Source: Lama glama (lineage: Eukaryota). From it: a DNA stretch of 64,000 nucleotides. Of this stretch, positions 12,319 through 26,539 are shown piece by piece. The stretch lies in NCBI GenBank assembly GCA_028534125.1, contig CM052817.1:8682001-8746000 (forward strand), given 5' to 3'. The notes under the pieces were generated by a model. That model made no database searches, had not been told where the DNA came from, and saw only the letters and a list, made by a program, of their open reading frames with translations. Position numbers and translations under genes: made by a program. Positions within the stretch are counted from its first letter, which is position 1; each line of letters opens with the position of its first letter.

Positions 12319-13182
12319 TCTCAGAGGAAATTTTATAGCATTGGCAGAACAGAAAGCTGCTTACTCAAAATGGCACCTCACCACTTACTCACTGGACAAA
12401 CTGAACATGGAAACTCCAAATGCTAGGCAGGAAAGAGAAAGTGATAGTGCTAGCCACTGGCTGGGTTCCAGGCAGGAGATTAAAAATCCGACTTTGCCTA
12501 TTGATGTTACCATTGGTAATATCGGTTGCCATAGAGAAGAGGAAGTTCAGATGACCAAAGAAGAGAAGAGACCAGGAGACCAGTACACCCTTGGCTGTTA
12601 TCGCCTGCCAACCTATTTTCTAATCTCTTGCATCATTTCCTTGACAATCAAGGCCACACAAACGTGAAACAGAGTTGAGGTTTTTTACTGCATCATATTT
12701 TTCCCCATCAGATAAGGGTTTTAATGAGTTGTTTCTTCCCTTTGGGAGTATATCCTATAATAGATATTGGCAGGGAAATTGCAAGGAAGAGCTCAAAACA
12801 AAACAAACAAATAAACAACAACAAGAAAAAAACAGAATAGGTGCAATAAATTTAAAGCCAGTTTAGGTGAACTAGTGTTATAAAGAAGAAATTCCTTTTA
12901 TTTTGTAATCTGTGCATTCTGAAAGTCTGCAACCACTTGAAACACATAAATAGCAAGCATAGTGCAGCTGAAGAACAGTACCTAAGAAATTCCTCTGAAC
13001 CTAGATATGCTGATTTAACAATGTTTGAATATATCATTGTAACTAAGGGATGGACTCTCAGGAGGAATCTGTATTTCAGGGAAGAGACTTTAGTAAGTAC
13101 CTGAAGGCAAAGAGAACAACAGGCATGGTAGGTGCATTCACCTTACCCCAACCCCATGAAGTCACCCTGGAGGTTTCTGGAA

Positions 13183-13438
13183 AGGCAGTACAGTACAGTG
13201 GTTATAAATGGGGGCCCTGCAGTCAACGTGCCTGGGTACCAAACTGAGTTCAGTCACTTGCTAGTTGTAAGACCCTGGGCAAGTAGCTTCCTCTCTCTGA
13301 ATTTTGTTCCTTATCCATTAAATACAGAAAATGTATCATAGGGGCAATGCAGGGCTGAAACGAAATCTTCCATGTTTTGAGTGTAGCACAGAGCTTGCAA
13401 CAGAATATGCGCATAATGCAAACTAGCAATTAGTATTA
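13183..13438 (+). mobile_element. MIR SINE, near full length
   Basis: cagtacagtacagtggtta...gcctgggtaccaaac...cacttgctagttgtaagaccctgggcaagtagctt...cataggggcaatgcagggctgaaa. Confidence 0.8.
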
Positions 13439-14379
13439 GGGATTATGGAGAGATACTTCAAGCACAGACCAAAGAAGTGGTTCCTGAGAAAGTCCCTATG
13501 AGGTTGAGGCATGGGTAGCTCTGGCTTTGGTACTAGGGTATCATGTTTGTGCAGTGAGGATCTTCAAACTCTGCTCCAGGAAATGTAGCTTGATTCTAGT
13601 AACACAGGGGGAGGCATTGCTAGAAATTCCAAGAGAAGCCCCTGTCCTAAGGTAGACTATGTTGTTCTCTCAGAGACCCCTGTGCACACTGGCAGGGATG
13701 AGCACTCTGAACACTGACAAGCGGGAAGGAGAAAAGGAAGCAGATTAGTGGGCACCTCTCTTGACACCCTGGGGGGTTTGGGGGCCATTAAAGATCCTGC
13801 ATAAGCCACTGTGGTGAGAATCAAAGGATCTCAGTTATTAGTAAAGTGACGCCACTTACCCCTCAAGGTGACAGGTTTCCCAGAAAACCGGGGGTAGACG
13901 TCTTAGCATGTTGTGTTGTCCTCTCTACCAGATGATTCCGTGTTTTCAGATGAGATTTCTGAATCAGAAGTCTGTTTATTCCCTTATATCAAAACCTCGT
14001 TAATGTAGCAGACACATTCTTCTCAATCTAACCCCAAAACTGCCTTTATAGTTTTATATTCTGACACTTCATCCACATAATTTATGTTCCAGCCGCATAT
14101 ACATAAAGTGCAGTTCTCAGGAGCTATTTTGCTTTCCTGCATCCCTCTCTAAGGTCTCCGCAGATGGTATGTTTCTTTTTGGAATGCTTAATCTCTCCCC
14201 ATGCTTTAGACTTCAATTCAGGAAGGACTCAGCACAGAAAAGAATTCTTTCTGCCAACTCCTTTGACCTTTACATCAAAGCAGCTGGATCAAGAGCTTTC
14301 TCCTCTGTTGCCATCTATTACGTGTACAAACTATGTCGTACTTAGAACTTACTTCCTTGTGAACAAGTTTTTTTCATGC

Positions 14380-14875
14380 TCATGCACTCTGTCTCAGAAA
14401 TTTTGTACTTATAATTTCTTCTGCTTGAATTGCATTACTCCAGATGCTCCATATGGCTGCCTCCTTTTCACCACTCAGGTTTCAGGTGAATTGTTACTTT
14501 TGTAGAAAGGTCTTTCATCACTTAAAATAAAGCAGGCCTGACTCACACTCAGTTACTCTCAACTACTGTCTCTCCCCTTACCTTCTTGTACCTGGTATCA
14601 TCTTATTTATTTGGCGACCAATTTATTGTCTCCCCCTCACCAAAAATAAGGTGCTTTAAGGGCAGTGATGGTCACTTCTATTTGTTGCTGTACCTCTGGC
14701 ACCTTGATAGGGCCTAATGCATAGTAACTGCTCAATAAACACTTGTTGACTAACTAACTGTTCTCTCCAATAGACAGTGAACCTTTAGGAGGGAAGCTGT
14801 GCATTTCCACACTCAGAACCTAGTACAAGGCCTGGCACATGTTATGTGCTACACTATATATTGACCAAATACATG
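14380..14875 (+). mobile_element. Two adjacent L2 3' ends
   Basis: gcctaatgcatagtaactgctcaataaacacttgttgactaactaact (to about 14760) and cctagtacaaggcctggcacatgttatgtgct...ttgaccaaat (to about 14875). Confidence 0.7.
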
Positions 14876-17519
14876 ACACTTTTAATTAGCCAATCAAGAA
14901 CCAATTATACATTGAGAGGTCAAGAAGCCAAGTAATTCTAGGGAGTTTAATTACTGGGGAGGGTATTCAGGAGAGACAGGCTAGAAGACAGCAAAGAATT
15001 GATTAAGATACAAAGAAAGGAAACCCACTGCATTGCACACAGTGCAGGCTCAACATATGTTCATAACACTGACTTACCAAAATGGGTTTTATACTTCAAC
15101 ACTAATTTTCTTTTCAAAAAATATCACTTGAAACCTGCCATAGAATCACCTGCTGCTTCATTCAAGTGGGGGGGTGAGTTGCTCTGTGACAGGTGTCAGA
15201 CAACGTGCTAATAGCCAAGTCTGTTCAAGGCACAACGTCGACTTCCGGGATCGCTTTCTTTTTCTCCCCTGCCCCACCCCCCACTTCAGGAAAAGCATGC
15301 AATGCCACTCTCCTGAGAGCATCACAATGGCAGTCCACAAATGAACCCTCTTCCTCTGAGAGAGACTAACTGTAGGGGAAAAGATAATTACGTAGTTCCT
15401 TTATCTCCGAATTATTTGTAATAAAATCTGAAATCACACCACAAGGTCTTTCGTGAGGATGTCATAAATTAAGATGCATCGGCCTATCTAGCGCATCTGT
15501 TCTTCCTCTGGTCCTTTGTCTTCTGCAAAGAGCACACCAACCTCAATACCCAGCAGACAGCATTTACGCAAATGATGTTGTGGTCTATAGCATTAATATT
15601 CAGTGATTGTCTGTCATAGACACCTTACTGTACATCTGTTATGCAAATGTATGTTAATTCCGACTCACTGACAGCTGCCTAGCTTCCCTCCCTAAAATGA
15701 TCTTTTCCATTTTGAAGTTTGCAATCTGTTCCCCAAAATGTTAATCCAACAATTAGCTGAAATTGCTAAACAGAAATTGTACATGTTCAGTCTAAAATAG
15801 AAGGTGGCATTTTAAAGTAGATGGTGAACCTTCTTCCCACGTCGTGTAGTTTAGATGTGCTTCCACACAGTGCAAACATTGATCTCTGCACAGCTTGGCT
15901 TGGGGCAAGTGGTGGGTTTGCCTACCCTAGTCCCAGGAGTTTGACAAGAAGGAATGTGATCACCATCCCTGTCATTCAAGGGACTTTGTCCTCAAAGATG
16001 CTTTTAGTGATGCACAGAGTTTCTTTCCATGTCTGAAATGTCTCTGTTTTCTCCACCACAATGATTAGTATCAAGCACTTGGATATTAATAAATGAATAA
16101 AGTGATGGATGATTGAGGAAAGAGATCTAAGAGCACATCCCATGTGACACAGAACCCAGTAGACACTCTCTCTGCATGTTTGATGGATGTTAAATAGAGG
16201 ATGCTTCCATATTTACTACCTCTATGCACTTTGAGGGATAGCTGAAGGGTTTTGGAGCAATAATAGAATAATCTGCTAATACTTTGAAAGGGATTATGAT
16301 GCTTAAGAGTTTAAAAAAGACAAATTACATGAACATTTATTGAAAACCTACCAAGGCTAAGTAAATACTTATATTGTACCACTATTGCTAGTCAACATGT
16401 TGGCCACATGGGTTAACTTTTAACAACATTCTTGGGAGGTAGATATCATTATACAGCTGATTTTAATAGTGATCAAAGTGAGGAATGATGTCTGCAAACC
16501 CATAACACTACCATGACCTTCACCCAGTTTTTTTTTTTCTAATTCTCTGTATGAGGAAGAACACAGACTAATGGAGAACTGCAGAATGTGTGCAGTGAAG
16601 CAGAAGTCACAGGCGTCTTCTTTAACGAGGAGGCTATTTCTGACTCTCCTCGATGGGTATCTGATGATTGGCCTTCTGGAACACCAACAGCCCAACTAGG
16701 GGAAATGGACTTCAATCCACTCTGCTCCAGTAATCCTGAGAACTCAGTTTCTTCAAGGATATTTGCAGATGGGATTCCTCTCTCACCATTGAGGGTCCAT
16801 TTCTAAACTGATGGTGCTAAACCAGATGATTCCAATGTTCAACCCTAGTCTAACATATTTTCTTTGTAATTTATTTCTATGTTAGTAATGAGACAATGGT
16901 TGGATAAATTATATTAAATATATCTAGGATATATGATATATCTTCAATAATTTTAATGACTTCATTTTTGAGATGAATGTAGTTAAACATTCTCAAACAA
17001 ATTTTTATTATTATTTTGAAAGATTTCAAGATTTTTAAATGTTATAACTCCATTTTATTTCCACTTCATTCTAATATACTGGACCTTAGATTCTATAAGT
17101 AGTTGTTATAATTCCTCACTTAAGTGCTATCATTTAATTAGGATAAGGTAGCAAAATCTCATAAGTTATTCTGAAGGAAAAATGCAGCTCTTTGTAATTT
17201 TATTTAGATGCTGGATTTTTTTTAAAGCTGACATATATAAAGGATTAACTATGAGGCACTATCTAATCAATTCTAGTATCATATATATGAAAACAGACAT
17301 AAAGAGGTTAACTACTTTGTCCAAATTTATATAGCTAGTAAGTGGAATAACTGAGATTTGATCCTAGACTGAATCTCTTACTTCCTTTTCATAGTGCCAC
17401 CCTGTATACTATCTTCACCAACTACACTTCAATTAAGAAAAAGAAGAGGAGAAGATTATAATAAATTGTTAATGTATCTGCTTAACATTAGGTGGTGTGA
17501 TACATTTTTGCACGTGTGC

Positions 17520-17972
17520 TGTCTTGACCCAATTTGGAGGTCCAGACTAGGGGCTGGACAGTTCTTCTTTGAGCATCCAGTTAAGCACCATATCTTCTTT
17601 CTTTATCAGGATCTCATACTTCAGACCATGATACACCTTCCTTAATTGTCTTGGTCCAAGTACAGGGTAACAGAGGACCTGCTGAACCCCCCAGGGCCTT
17701 CTGAAATGACTCACATTAGCTAACCCTAAGCCTACTTGCCCAGCCTTGCTCTTTGCTTCCTGAAGGAACCACAGTAAAGGTGCTTGCTCCCAGTTTACCT
17801 CTCTGCCTGCCTTGTGAATGACCCTGGTGATCCCCCATGTGGTCCTGCATACTGTGTCCTGTTTTCTCCAGGGAAGGGTAAATAAATAAAACTGTAAACT
17901 TCTTTTTAATTTCTCTCTTTTGATCTACATCTGTCCTCACCACACCTCACTCAAGGTAATGTGGTTAAAATA
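17520..17972 (+). mobile_element. ERVL solo LTR (MER54/MER73/MER74-like)
   Basis: ctaaccctaagcctacttgcccagccttg...aaccacagtaaaggtgcttgc...gaccctggtgatcccccatgtggtcctgcat...aataaa...caccacacctcactcaaggtaatgtggttaaaata; subfamily from recall. Confidence 0.7.
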
Positions 17973-18104
17973 GGTAGTAGGAGATTTAGGGATTAACAAT
18001 TCACCCAACAGGACTCACTGCAGCTCAGTCAGGAGCTCTGAAAGACTGCCACATCTGACCTCATGGTCGGTGAGGAGAAGCTCTCCTAGCCTTATTTTGC
18101 TGAC

Positions 18105-18465
18105 CTGTGAAGAGATGGGAATAATTTCCATCTCAAAAGAGTTGATGTGCATTTCCAATGAAAGACATGATACGAAAGCTTAGCACTATGCTTGCCTCAT
18201 ATTAGATGCTCAAAAAACATGCTAAAGGAAGAAAGAGGGGCACATATCCTGTCTCAAAAATTATAATTAAATATATATATATATTTGCATGTATGTATAT
18301 ATCTCTTTTTTGCATTTTACAAAGAACTTTCTTAGACACTATCTCTTTTGATCCCCTAAACTCCCTGCTGAAACAAAAGAGCAGTTTCAATGAAGTCCAT
18401 TTTACAGATAGAGAAACTGAGGCATGAGATAATTAATTGTGTTGTCTGAGATTTCTTGCTTGAAC
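18105..18465. mobile_element. Two MIR fragments in opposite orientation
   Basis: ctgtgaagagatgggaataatttccatctc (+) and ccattttacagatagagaaactgaggca (-). Confidence 0.6.
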
Positions 18466-19344
18466 CAAAAATCCAAACCAAACCAAAATTAAAACCAAAA
18501 TATAGGAAGAAACACCTCATATTACTCAAAAGAAATTTTAGTGGTCATTCATCTAAGCCATGTTGCATTTTTGGTGGAAGTGAGCAGTACTGGTTACTAG
18601 ACACAACCCTGCAGAGTCCAGAAAACAAGGTTAAGGTCACAGTTCTGCATTTCTATGGGAAATTGTTGTCTCCTTCTTTACACTTTGCAACAATTTATGA
18701 CAATGAAGTATTCATCACTTGTATCTTTTTATTTTGTTTTGTACCGAATACATTATTTTATAAAACATATTCTGTGACCTTCACAGTTAAGGATTTGGAG
18801 GTGTTTGTTTGTTTGTTTGTTTGTTTTGGTCTTACTATTTATTTTGCTCCTCTCTTCCTTTGAGTTTCTGACCAAAGCTTTTATACAAACCATTAATAGC
18901 TAGATGATAGATAAAGTGCATAGAACTGATAGCTGGAATTGGATTTCATGATTCAAGACTCCATATGTAATGAAATGCAAGAATAGTATTTGGAAGTAGA
19001 ATCTATTCCTTTATACCTACTCAGTAGACAGAAATGTCTGGGCCCTAAATTAGGCCATAGAGAAAATTCACCTTCACTAGGAGGAAAATCCTACCCAATT
19101 AAATTTCCCACAGGTAAGAATGAAGACCACATGTAGGTATTGATGGTTAAGGCTCACGAATAAAACACGCTTCAGTAAATGTCCCACATTAATAAATTTG
19201 CACCTTTACCTCACTTAGAAGAATCTACTAAAGGGAAGAGTGCAGAGAGGCAAAAACATGGGGAGAAGGGCAGAAATTTCCCTCCAGAAGAGATGTGGGA
19301 AAGGTTTCTATTCCATGCATTCATGAGAAACTACTGAGGCAGGC

Positions 19345-19495
19345 TAAGTAGAAATTATTATCCCCATTTTATAGTTGAACGAAATTTAAACCCAGGGAAA
19401 TTTTACTACTTGCCTAGAATATTCTTACTGGAAAGAGTCACAGCCAAGCCTCAAAGCCGCTTTTCCTGACTCCTGCTTCACAGGTTTTTCCACCG
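19345..19495 (-). mobile_element. MIR SINE fragment
   Basis: attattatccccattttatagttgaacgaaatttaaacccaggg...acttgcctagaat...cctgactcc. Confidence 0.65.
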
Positions 19496-22279
19496 GCCCA
19501 GATGGTGTCTACAGATTTGGCTCTCACTTTCAAGCTTCACTGACCCTGGATGATAAATGAAGATTTGCTCTGGGTAGCTGAGCCCAGGCTGAGATGCAGG
19601 TGCCAGACTCACTGTGGGCATTCCACTCACTCTTGCTGCTGTTCAATGGACCTTCCCAATACACTGCCTACATTGGAATTGTGATTTATCCCAGAGACAA
19701 AGGACAAGCAGTATCCGTTCTCTGAAGCAGCTCTCAGAAGGTAAGATCCCGCTGCACCCAACTGATGTGATTGCTCGACTGACTTGGGTAGCATGCTGGA
19801 GTCCTTGGGATGAGAGAGTTGTTAGAAGGAGAATACCAGATGGAAGGACCCAGCAAGAGCATCCATGACACAGACTTAATAGTGTAATATCTGTCCCTGT
19901 TGTGGAATTGACCTCCCCTCTCTCTTCTTTGGTGTCAATTTGGGAAATTAATTTTTTTTGTAATTTTACATTTCACTACTAATCCTTTTATTTGACGCCT
20001 TTGAGGCTAATCTTTAGTTAGCTAATCAGAAATGTCAGTTAAATTGAAGAATTGATGAAGACATGGCACATACCTACCTTAAATACTTTATTTTAGCTCA
20101 GCATGCACTCATTCAGCAAAGTTTTGGTGTAAAGGCAAGGTCTTTGACTTAAATACAGCTCTTCTGATTGGATTTCTACATTGTATTTCCTACATAAACC
20201 TCATTCTTGAAGCATGCTTTAAGAATTCCGGTTTCATTTTCCTTAAAATGGGATAAGATTTAAACACATTTGTGAGATAATATGAATTCAGATTCTTTCT
20301 ATATTAATACTATTTCTTTTCCATTTTTAATGTAGTATTGCCACAAATTAATCTGGTATCTTTTTAGTGACTTTCCATTATCCATTCTATGCAAAACATT
20401 AAATTAACTTGATTTTAATAGAATTAGACAGAACAAACTTGTTCTAGTGAAAATAATGTTGGGTGCAATTTATAAGTCTTGAAAGAGTTAGCTTCACCAC
20501 TTTATAGCAGAGCATGCTTCACCAAGGTGTTTTATCTCACTAAACCTAAGTTTTTAGTGACAATGACAATGATGAGTAACTACCTTGCCAAGCTATTATG
20601 CAGCTTCAATGAGTTGATGCTTGTGAAAGAATCTGGATGGTTGAAAGGCAAAAATTATAAGAAAATGTGGGAGAAAAAGGGGACAATACAGGAAGCTGCA
20701 AATGGGGCATGAGGATGACTGTCCGTCTCTGCAGATTTCATTCTTGCCACCAGTTAGGAAGCCAGAGCTATAGACATGGATATCACTAAATAGCCATATA
20801 ATTAATGCATGCTGAATATCAATGAATGCTGCAGATGGTCCATGTCTAAAACTTCAATAACATGAAATCTCGGACCACAGGGCAGCGTGAAGTCAGTGTG
20901 CCCTGTCAGGAACCAATTTCTTCATGTAAGTTTACCAGAAAGAGTAATCAGTATTATAGATCGAAAACAAATCAGTGGAGACTTCCTAAAAGAGAGAATC
21001 CCTAACTCTGGCCATGAAGCTTAGGTAAATATGGCTGAGTTTGGAGGATTGATTGATGATATTTCAGGCAATAATAAGAAAGCCAAACAAGGAAACTGCA
21101 CCATGTGTCTCATGGAAAATCACTAAACGCAATCATGGTAATGCTCCTGTGAAGCTTTTCCTTTCCCTCATCCTTTCTGTGCAAAGTCAGACCTTGATTT
21201 AATCTATTTATCCCCCAGCTCTCCATGGGGTGTAAACAAACACAAGTCTGATTCACAGAGCTGTTTGTTTTCCCGGCATAAGAGACTGCTGTGGAGAATA
21301 AATGAATCCAGAAACATTTATAGAACTGTGTAGAGGTGTCATTGGCATTTTCGAGTTTTCATGCAAATTACCAAGGGCCTAATTCATCCCATGTTCCTTT
21401 GCTCAAAAGCACAGCTTGGTATCAAAGATGCAAAATAAATGAGCCTGAAAAAAGCCAGCATCTTCTCTTGCTGTCTAGTTGGAGGGATCTAGAAACAAGA
21501 GAAGGAATATTCCCAGATCCTCCTGCTAATCTTGTGGTTCAGCCTTTTGACCCAGGGAAGGCAGGTATTTGATAAATAAGATTCTACTATTCAAAGAAGC
21601 AGAAAAATTTCTTCAGTGATTGTTCCCATAGGTCCCAGGTCTGAGAAACTCTGTAATTTTTCCTGTGCCCAAATCATTGATAGTTTTAAGTAAGTCACAG
21701 GAGAAACCCATGAGCCCACAGAAAATTGTGAAATTCATAGACCTCATCTTTGGAGACTTCATCCTCCACATTTCACGCTTTCTACCATCATGCCACCTAG
21801 AAGCCGTTTTTAACTGATTTCTTTCTACAAAATCAGGCTCTTATGAAAAGATGTATATCAGTGAGCTTGCAGATTTTTTTTTCCTTTCTTAAAGATATTT
21901 TCATTTGACTTTGGCACCAAAGGTATTTTGGGAAAGGTGTTTTGTCAGGAAAGTCAGAAGTTCATCCCAGATCTTCTGATGTCATAGTGTTTACCACACT
22001 AGCTCTTCCTGGAAAGATGTTGAGTTTTGTTTTTGCCCAAAGCATATATTTTAAATTATACATTTAGGGGACAATGGATACAACTAGGTGCGTGCTCAAA
22101 GGTTATTAACCAAGGAATTGAAAAAAAGAGAGATCATGCCAATAATCACAAGAGTAGCTACCAGGACTTGAGGAATTTCTATGTGCCAGATGAATTACAT
22201 ACATCATTTCCACCAAGCCCTTCCTGAAATATGCTCTGAGGACTATTGCTAATAATTACTAAATATTACTATGGTCTTG

Positions 22280-22755
22280 ACCCATGGAGAGCAGGTCATT
22301 GTTATGGAGAACACTCTACACATATTTCCCAATGATGACTCTCTCCTCTTGCCAGAGCCACATGGCAGGCTTCAGTTTTCACTGTTAGGACCTGTTGGGA
22401 TTCCTAGAGGTAAAACCCTCAATGGAAATTGTGGCTTTCCTCCTAAATCTGTGGTACCCCAAGAGTTTCTCTTTCATGTTAATCCATAATCAGACCCCAG
22501 CAATTAGATAAAATCACTACTTAAGTTTCCTCAACAGCTTATAGCTCCAGTGGCTTTTGCTCCAGGTAAGCAGATCTCACCTATGAATCTCTGCATTAGT
22601 ATGTCTCTCCAGATTTTAAGGTGGTAGCATGCTCTGTGACTTCAATTCAATGATGGGTTCAAGAAACTTCATTGATATTCACTCTTTAGCTTTTTCTTGT
22701 TTTAAGAATGGAAGTGAGAATTTCCAAAGCTCTTTACTTGTTGGAGCTGAAACCA
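22280..22755 (-). mobile_element. Old L1M (L1MC/MD/ME-like) 5' UTR fragment
   Basis: Ends in ctctttacttgttggagctgaaacca, whose reverse complement resembles the start of the plus-strand L1 at 35507; also homologous to 24160-24586. Confidence 0.65.
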
Positions 22756-24586
22756 CATGTTCTTCCCTTAATTTTTCAAGGATATTTTCACTGAATATAG
22801 AATTCAGTTTTTTTTCTTTCAGTCTTTCAAATACATCACTCCATTACCTTCCTGCTTACATGATTTCTAATGAGAAGCCTGCCATAATTCTTATAAATGT
22901 TTCTCTTTCAGTAATTTGTCTTATTTATTTTTTTCTGGCTGCCTTCAAGATTTTCTTTTTGTCTTTGGATGTAAACAATATGATTAATGTAGAACTATGT
23001 ATAGTTTTATTGCTGTTTATTCCACTTCATGTTGTCTGATACTAAATTTATGGTTTGGTATGTTTTTGCTCCTTTTGGAAAATTCTCAGTCATTATTTCT
23101 TCAAGTATCTCTTCTCTTCCTTCTCCATATTTTATTCTAATTCCATATATGTTAGATCACTAAATTTTGCCTCTCATATCTCTGATGCTCTATTCTATTT
23201 TTTCTCAATTTTTTTCCTCTTTGCATTTAAGTTTGGATAATTTCTATTAATCTATTTTAAGATGACTGATTCTTTCCTTGATTGTGTTAATCTACTGGTA
23301 AGCCCATTGCATGTATTCTCCATATTTGATACAGATTTTTAGATCACAGTTTTATTGTTTTGTCTTATGGCTTCTGTCTCTAATGACATTACTTATCTCA
23401 TCTTGTATTTTGCCATTTATTTTTTTTTTCAATAGAAGATTTCACATGCTAATCATAATTATTTTAAATTGTTTTATTTGCTAATCCTAATATCTATGAA
23501 TATGTCAATCTGGTTTTTGCTTGTAGACTACGTGTATTCAACTTCTGTGTAATTCTTTCTTTTTAAAGTCTGGCATATTGTGTAGGGTAATAAGTACTGA
23601 CATCAATAATATTTATGCTTGGAGATATTCATGCCTTTCCCCCTATCCCAGCTCCTCTTTAACACAGTGATTTGGTCTAATCTACTCAGAAATTGGACTG
23701 GATTTGAAGTTTTCTAGCCATTTGGTTTTGGATCTCCCACATGCCCCTGGGTCTTTCATTGACTCTGCTCCCCTGAGAAAATCTGTCTCTTGTAGCAATC
23801 CTTGCTGTATTCCAATGTTATTTTTACTCAGTGCTAGTTATTATGTAGGAGGGGCTCCTAGGGGCATTATTTGATGTTTTAATTAAGCTTTGGTCGTGGG
23901 CACTGTGAACTTGGGCCTTAGAGTATGGAATTTACAAGTATCCCTTTCTTCCTTTAGAAGTAAACTGGATCTTCCATTTATTCTTCCTTATTTCCCAAGG
24001 ATGGCATTTTGTTTCACTATTTCCCTCCTCCAGCTGCACTGGGTTTCAACCAACGCCCTTCGGCTTAAGTTTGGTTGCTTTTCCTTATGCAGATCAAGTG
24101 TTTTGTTTCAAGGGGGGATAGTGGATTTGGGGCTGGGCGGAGTATCAGCAGTAACTCCTGTTCCTCTCCTCTAGCCAGTACTATGGAGATGGTTTTCTTG
24201 AGATTCTCTCATATATTCCTTGTGAGCACCTGATGGGAACGCCTGGGAGAGTGTACAAACATCGCTGTCTGTGGCCCATAGTAGCTTCATACTCTCAACA
24301 ATCGATACTCAGCCTGTAGCTATTAATTAAAATTTACTAGTTGACTCTTCTGCCAACTTAAATGGCAATCAGTGGCTATGTAAAGGGTAAGTAAATGCTT
24401 AAATCTTGCTTTTAATTATTGATGTATCCTCTCTACATATTTTAGGTTAATTATTTGCCTTTGTGATCTCAGTTCTCAGATAAATGTAAAACAGACAAAC
24501 AAACAAACAAATTTTTGCCCAGCTGGTTTTCTTGTAAAGGTAGGAAAGATACTCATTCTAACGATATCTCTTAAGAGCTGAAACTG
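22756..24586 (-). mobile_element. Old L1M: ORF1 remnant plus 5' UTR
   Basis: Antisense ORF1 motifs (tttctaatgagaagcctgccataattctta; ctggctgccttcaagattttctttttgtcttt; ttggaaaattctcagtcattatttcttcaa) followed by 5' UTR ending in gagctgaaactg. Confidence 0.8.
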
Positions 24587-26539
24587 CTGGCCACTCACAC
24601 TGGTTTTGACTTTAACCCTAAAATTTGATTTTTCTTTTCTGTATTCAATCTACTAGGTTTTATTCCCTTGCCCATATAATAGCTAGTAGGTCCCTTAACC
24701 CAGACCCTTGGTTGCTTATATGCCTCAGCTACTCCCAAAGCAGAGTAAAGACCCTCAGACTTTTTGTGAATCTGTTTTCTTTTTGGCATCTATCCTTTGT
24801 ATGATATTTCCATGGCTCACCTTGCCTTCTGGGCTAAACTTTCATAATTCCATATAATTTGTTCCATAAATACTGTCTGCCAAGAGTTAGTGCAAAGCAG
24901 AGCACAGAAATTAAGTCGACATAGTTCTCACTTCTAAGGAAGGCACATTCTAATCAATGATATAATGTATACATACACCTGACATAGATAACTTAGCATA
25001 CAAGGCACAGATGAGAGAAACAAAGAATGTTATAGGAACCCAGTTTTTTAAGTATATAACAAAAGATGTGCTTTAAAATATCTATATGCACATCTGTATT
25101 TTAAATAAATATATGAAATACACCATGACAATATAATATTGATGTCAAATATATTAATATAAAATATACTGTGTTTATGTTAAAATTTTATATCTTTATC
25201 TTTTTTTAAATCTGATCATGCAGCTGTGATTTTTCCCATTTGTTCCATGCAGAATGCTGGCGAGGACATCTGAGACTCCTTACAGAGGCAAATCTGTGCC
25301 AGAAACTAATTGAACGCGCTATGCTTAGAGCAAAGTTATTCTGAAACTTAGCTGTGATTATGAAAGAGAACTCTGGGACAGAAAAGAAGCTCAAAGGGCA
25401 GTGCACTTTGAAAAAAAACTAGTTTAAAAGTGTTCCCCAGAATACTTTTAATTCCTGTGAGATTGCAAGTGAGATAGGAGGGAGGAGAGACTGCAGTGCA
25501 TTTGTTATTTTTAATGCCTAAGCACAGACTTTTGATTTTTCTAAAGAAATCTTCCCAAAGAGGGGAGGAGATTTCCAGCAGCCTTGGACATAATGGAAAG
25601 GCTATTCTTGGAGATGCATTCTAGAGCCAGGCTGGTAGTATTGTTGGCAGTAAGAATGATGCAACAATAGCCGCTGAAGGTTTAGAGATGCAGGAAAGCA
25701 TATATTTCCATCAGAATGTAGTAGCACCAAGCCCTTCATGTCTTGCACGTGACTATTAGGCTTTCTCAGAATAAATCTTCCTGGGTCTGGGGAAGGACTC
25801 AAAAATACCTACAACTACACATAAGCGTGCTGATAAAAAAGACCCCAAATCAACATCTTAGAACTGTTATCACATGTTATATCTCCTTGTTGGACACATT
25901 TTCATATTATCTCGTATACTCCTCTTTATGTCTGGATTTTTTAATAATAAAAGTATAGACAATTCAGATTTATTTCCAGTTTCTGATTCGGCTCATATAT
26001 AGAGGACAGGTTTTCTGGTGAGTTGTGAATTGGTGTGAAGGAAACACATGCTCGCACAAACACGTGCAAACAAGAGAATGTTTAGATTAAATATCCATTC
26101 TAGTTCGTCAAAAATACAAAATCTTACCAGCAATGGTGTAGCTACACAGGGCAGGAACAGATGCAGTACTAATTCAGCCTGGCTTTTCTTGGTCCCCAGA
26201 ACCCCCGTTGGGGTCTTATAGTTGTCTGTGTCACTCTTGCAAGGATGGGTATTACAGGAAGTGCAGAGTTCAATTTTCACATTATTGTTGCCCTTTTTAT
26301 ACATGACCTTACATCATGCTTCTAGACATACTTCCAGTTACACTACACATGCTTCTTTTTAAGAGGTGCTCTCTAATGTTGAGCATTCCTTTCTAGAACC
26401 AAGTTCTGAGTCTGCAAGTTTACGTGCTTATTCAGGGGAGAAAACTGGGTCAGTGCCTGATGTCCCAGAATAATTTTGCCCTTCGATTTTTAGCAGTTTG
26501 AAAAAAAAACCCTTCCACAGCCTTTTAAACTGAAGGCTA

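Noticed and set aside
12230..12667. 145-aa ORF
   Set aside because: It starts in the antisense strand of the young L1 and reads through the TSD into flank, so it is a chance chimera
13854..13972. Minus-strand GG|GTAAGT donor with possible exon
   Set aside because: Weak acceptor and stops in all three frames; not distinguishable from background
22629..23240. Hydrophobic F/L/S-rich ORFs
   Set aside because: Antisense reading of A-rich L1 ORF1 gives spurious membrane-like peptides
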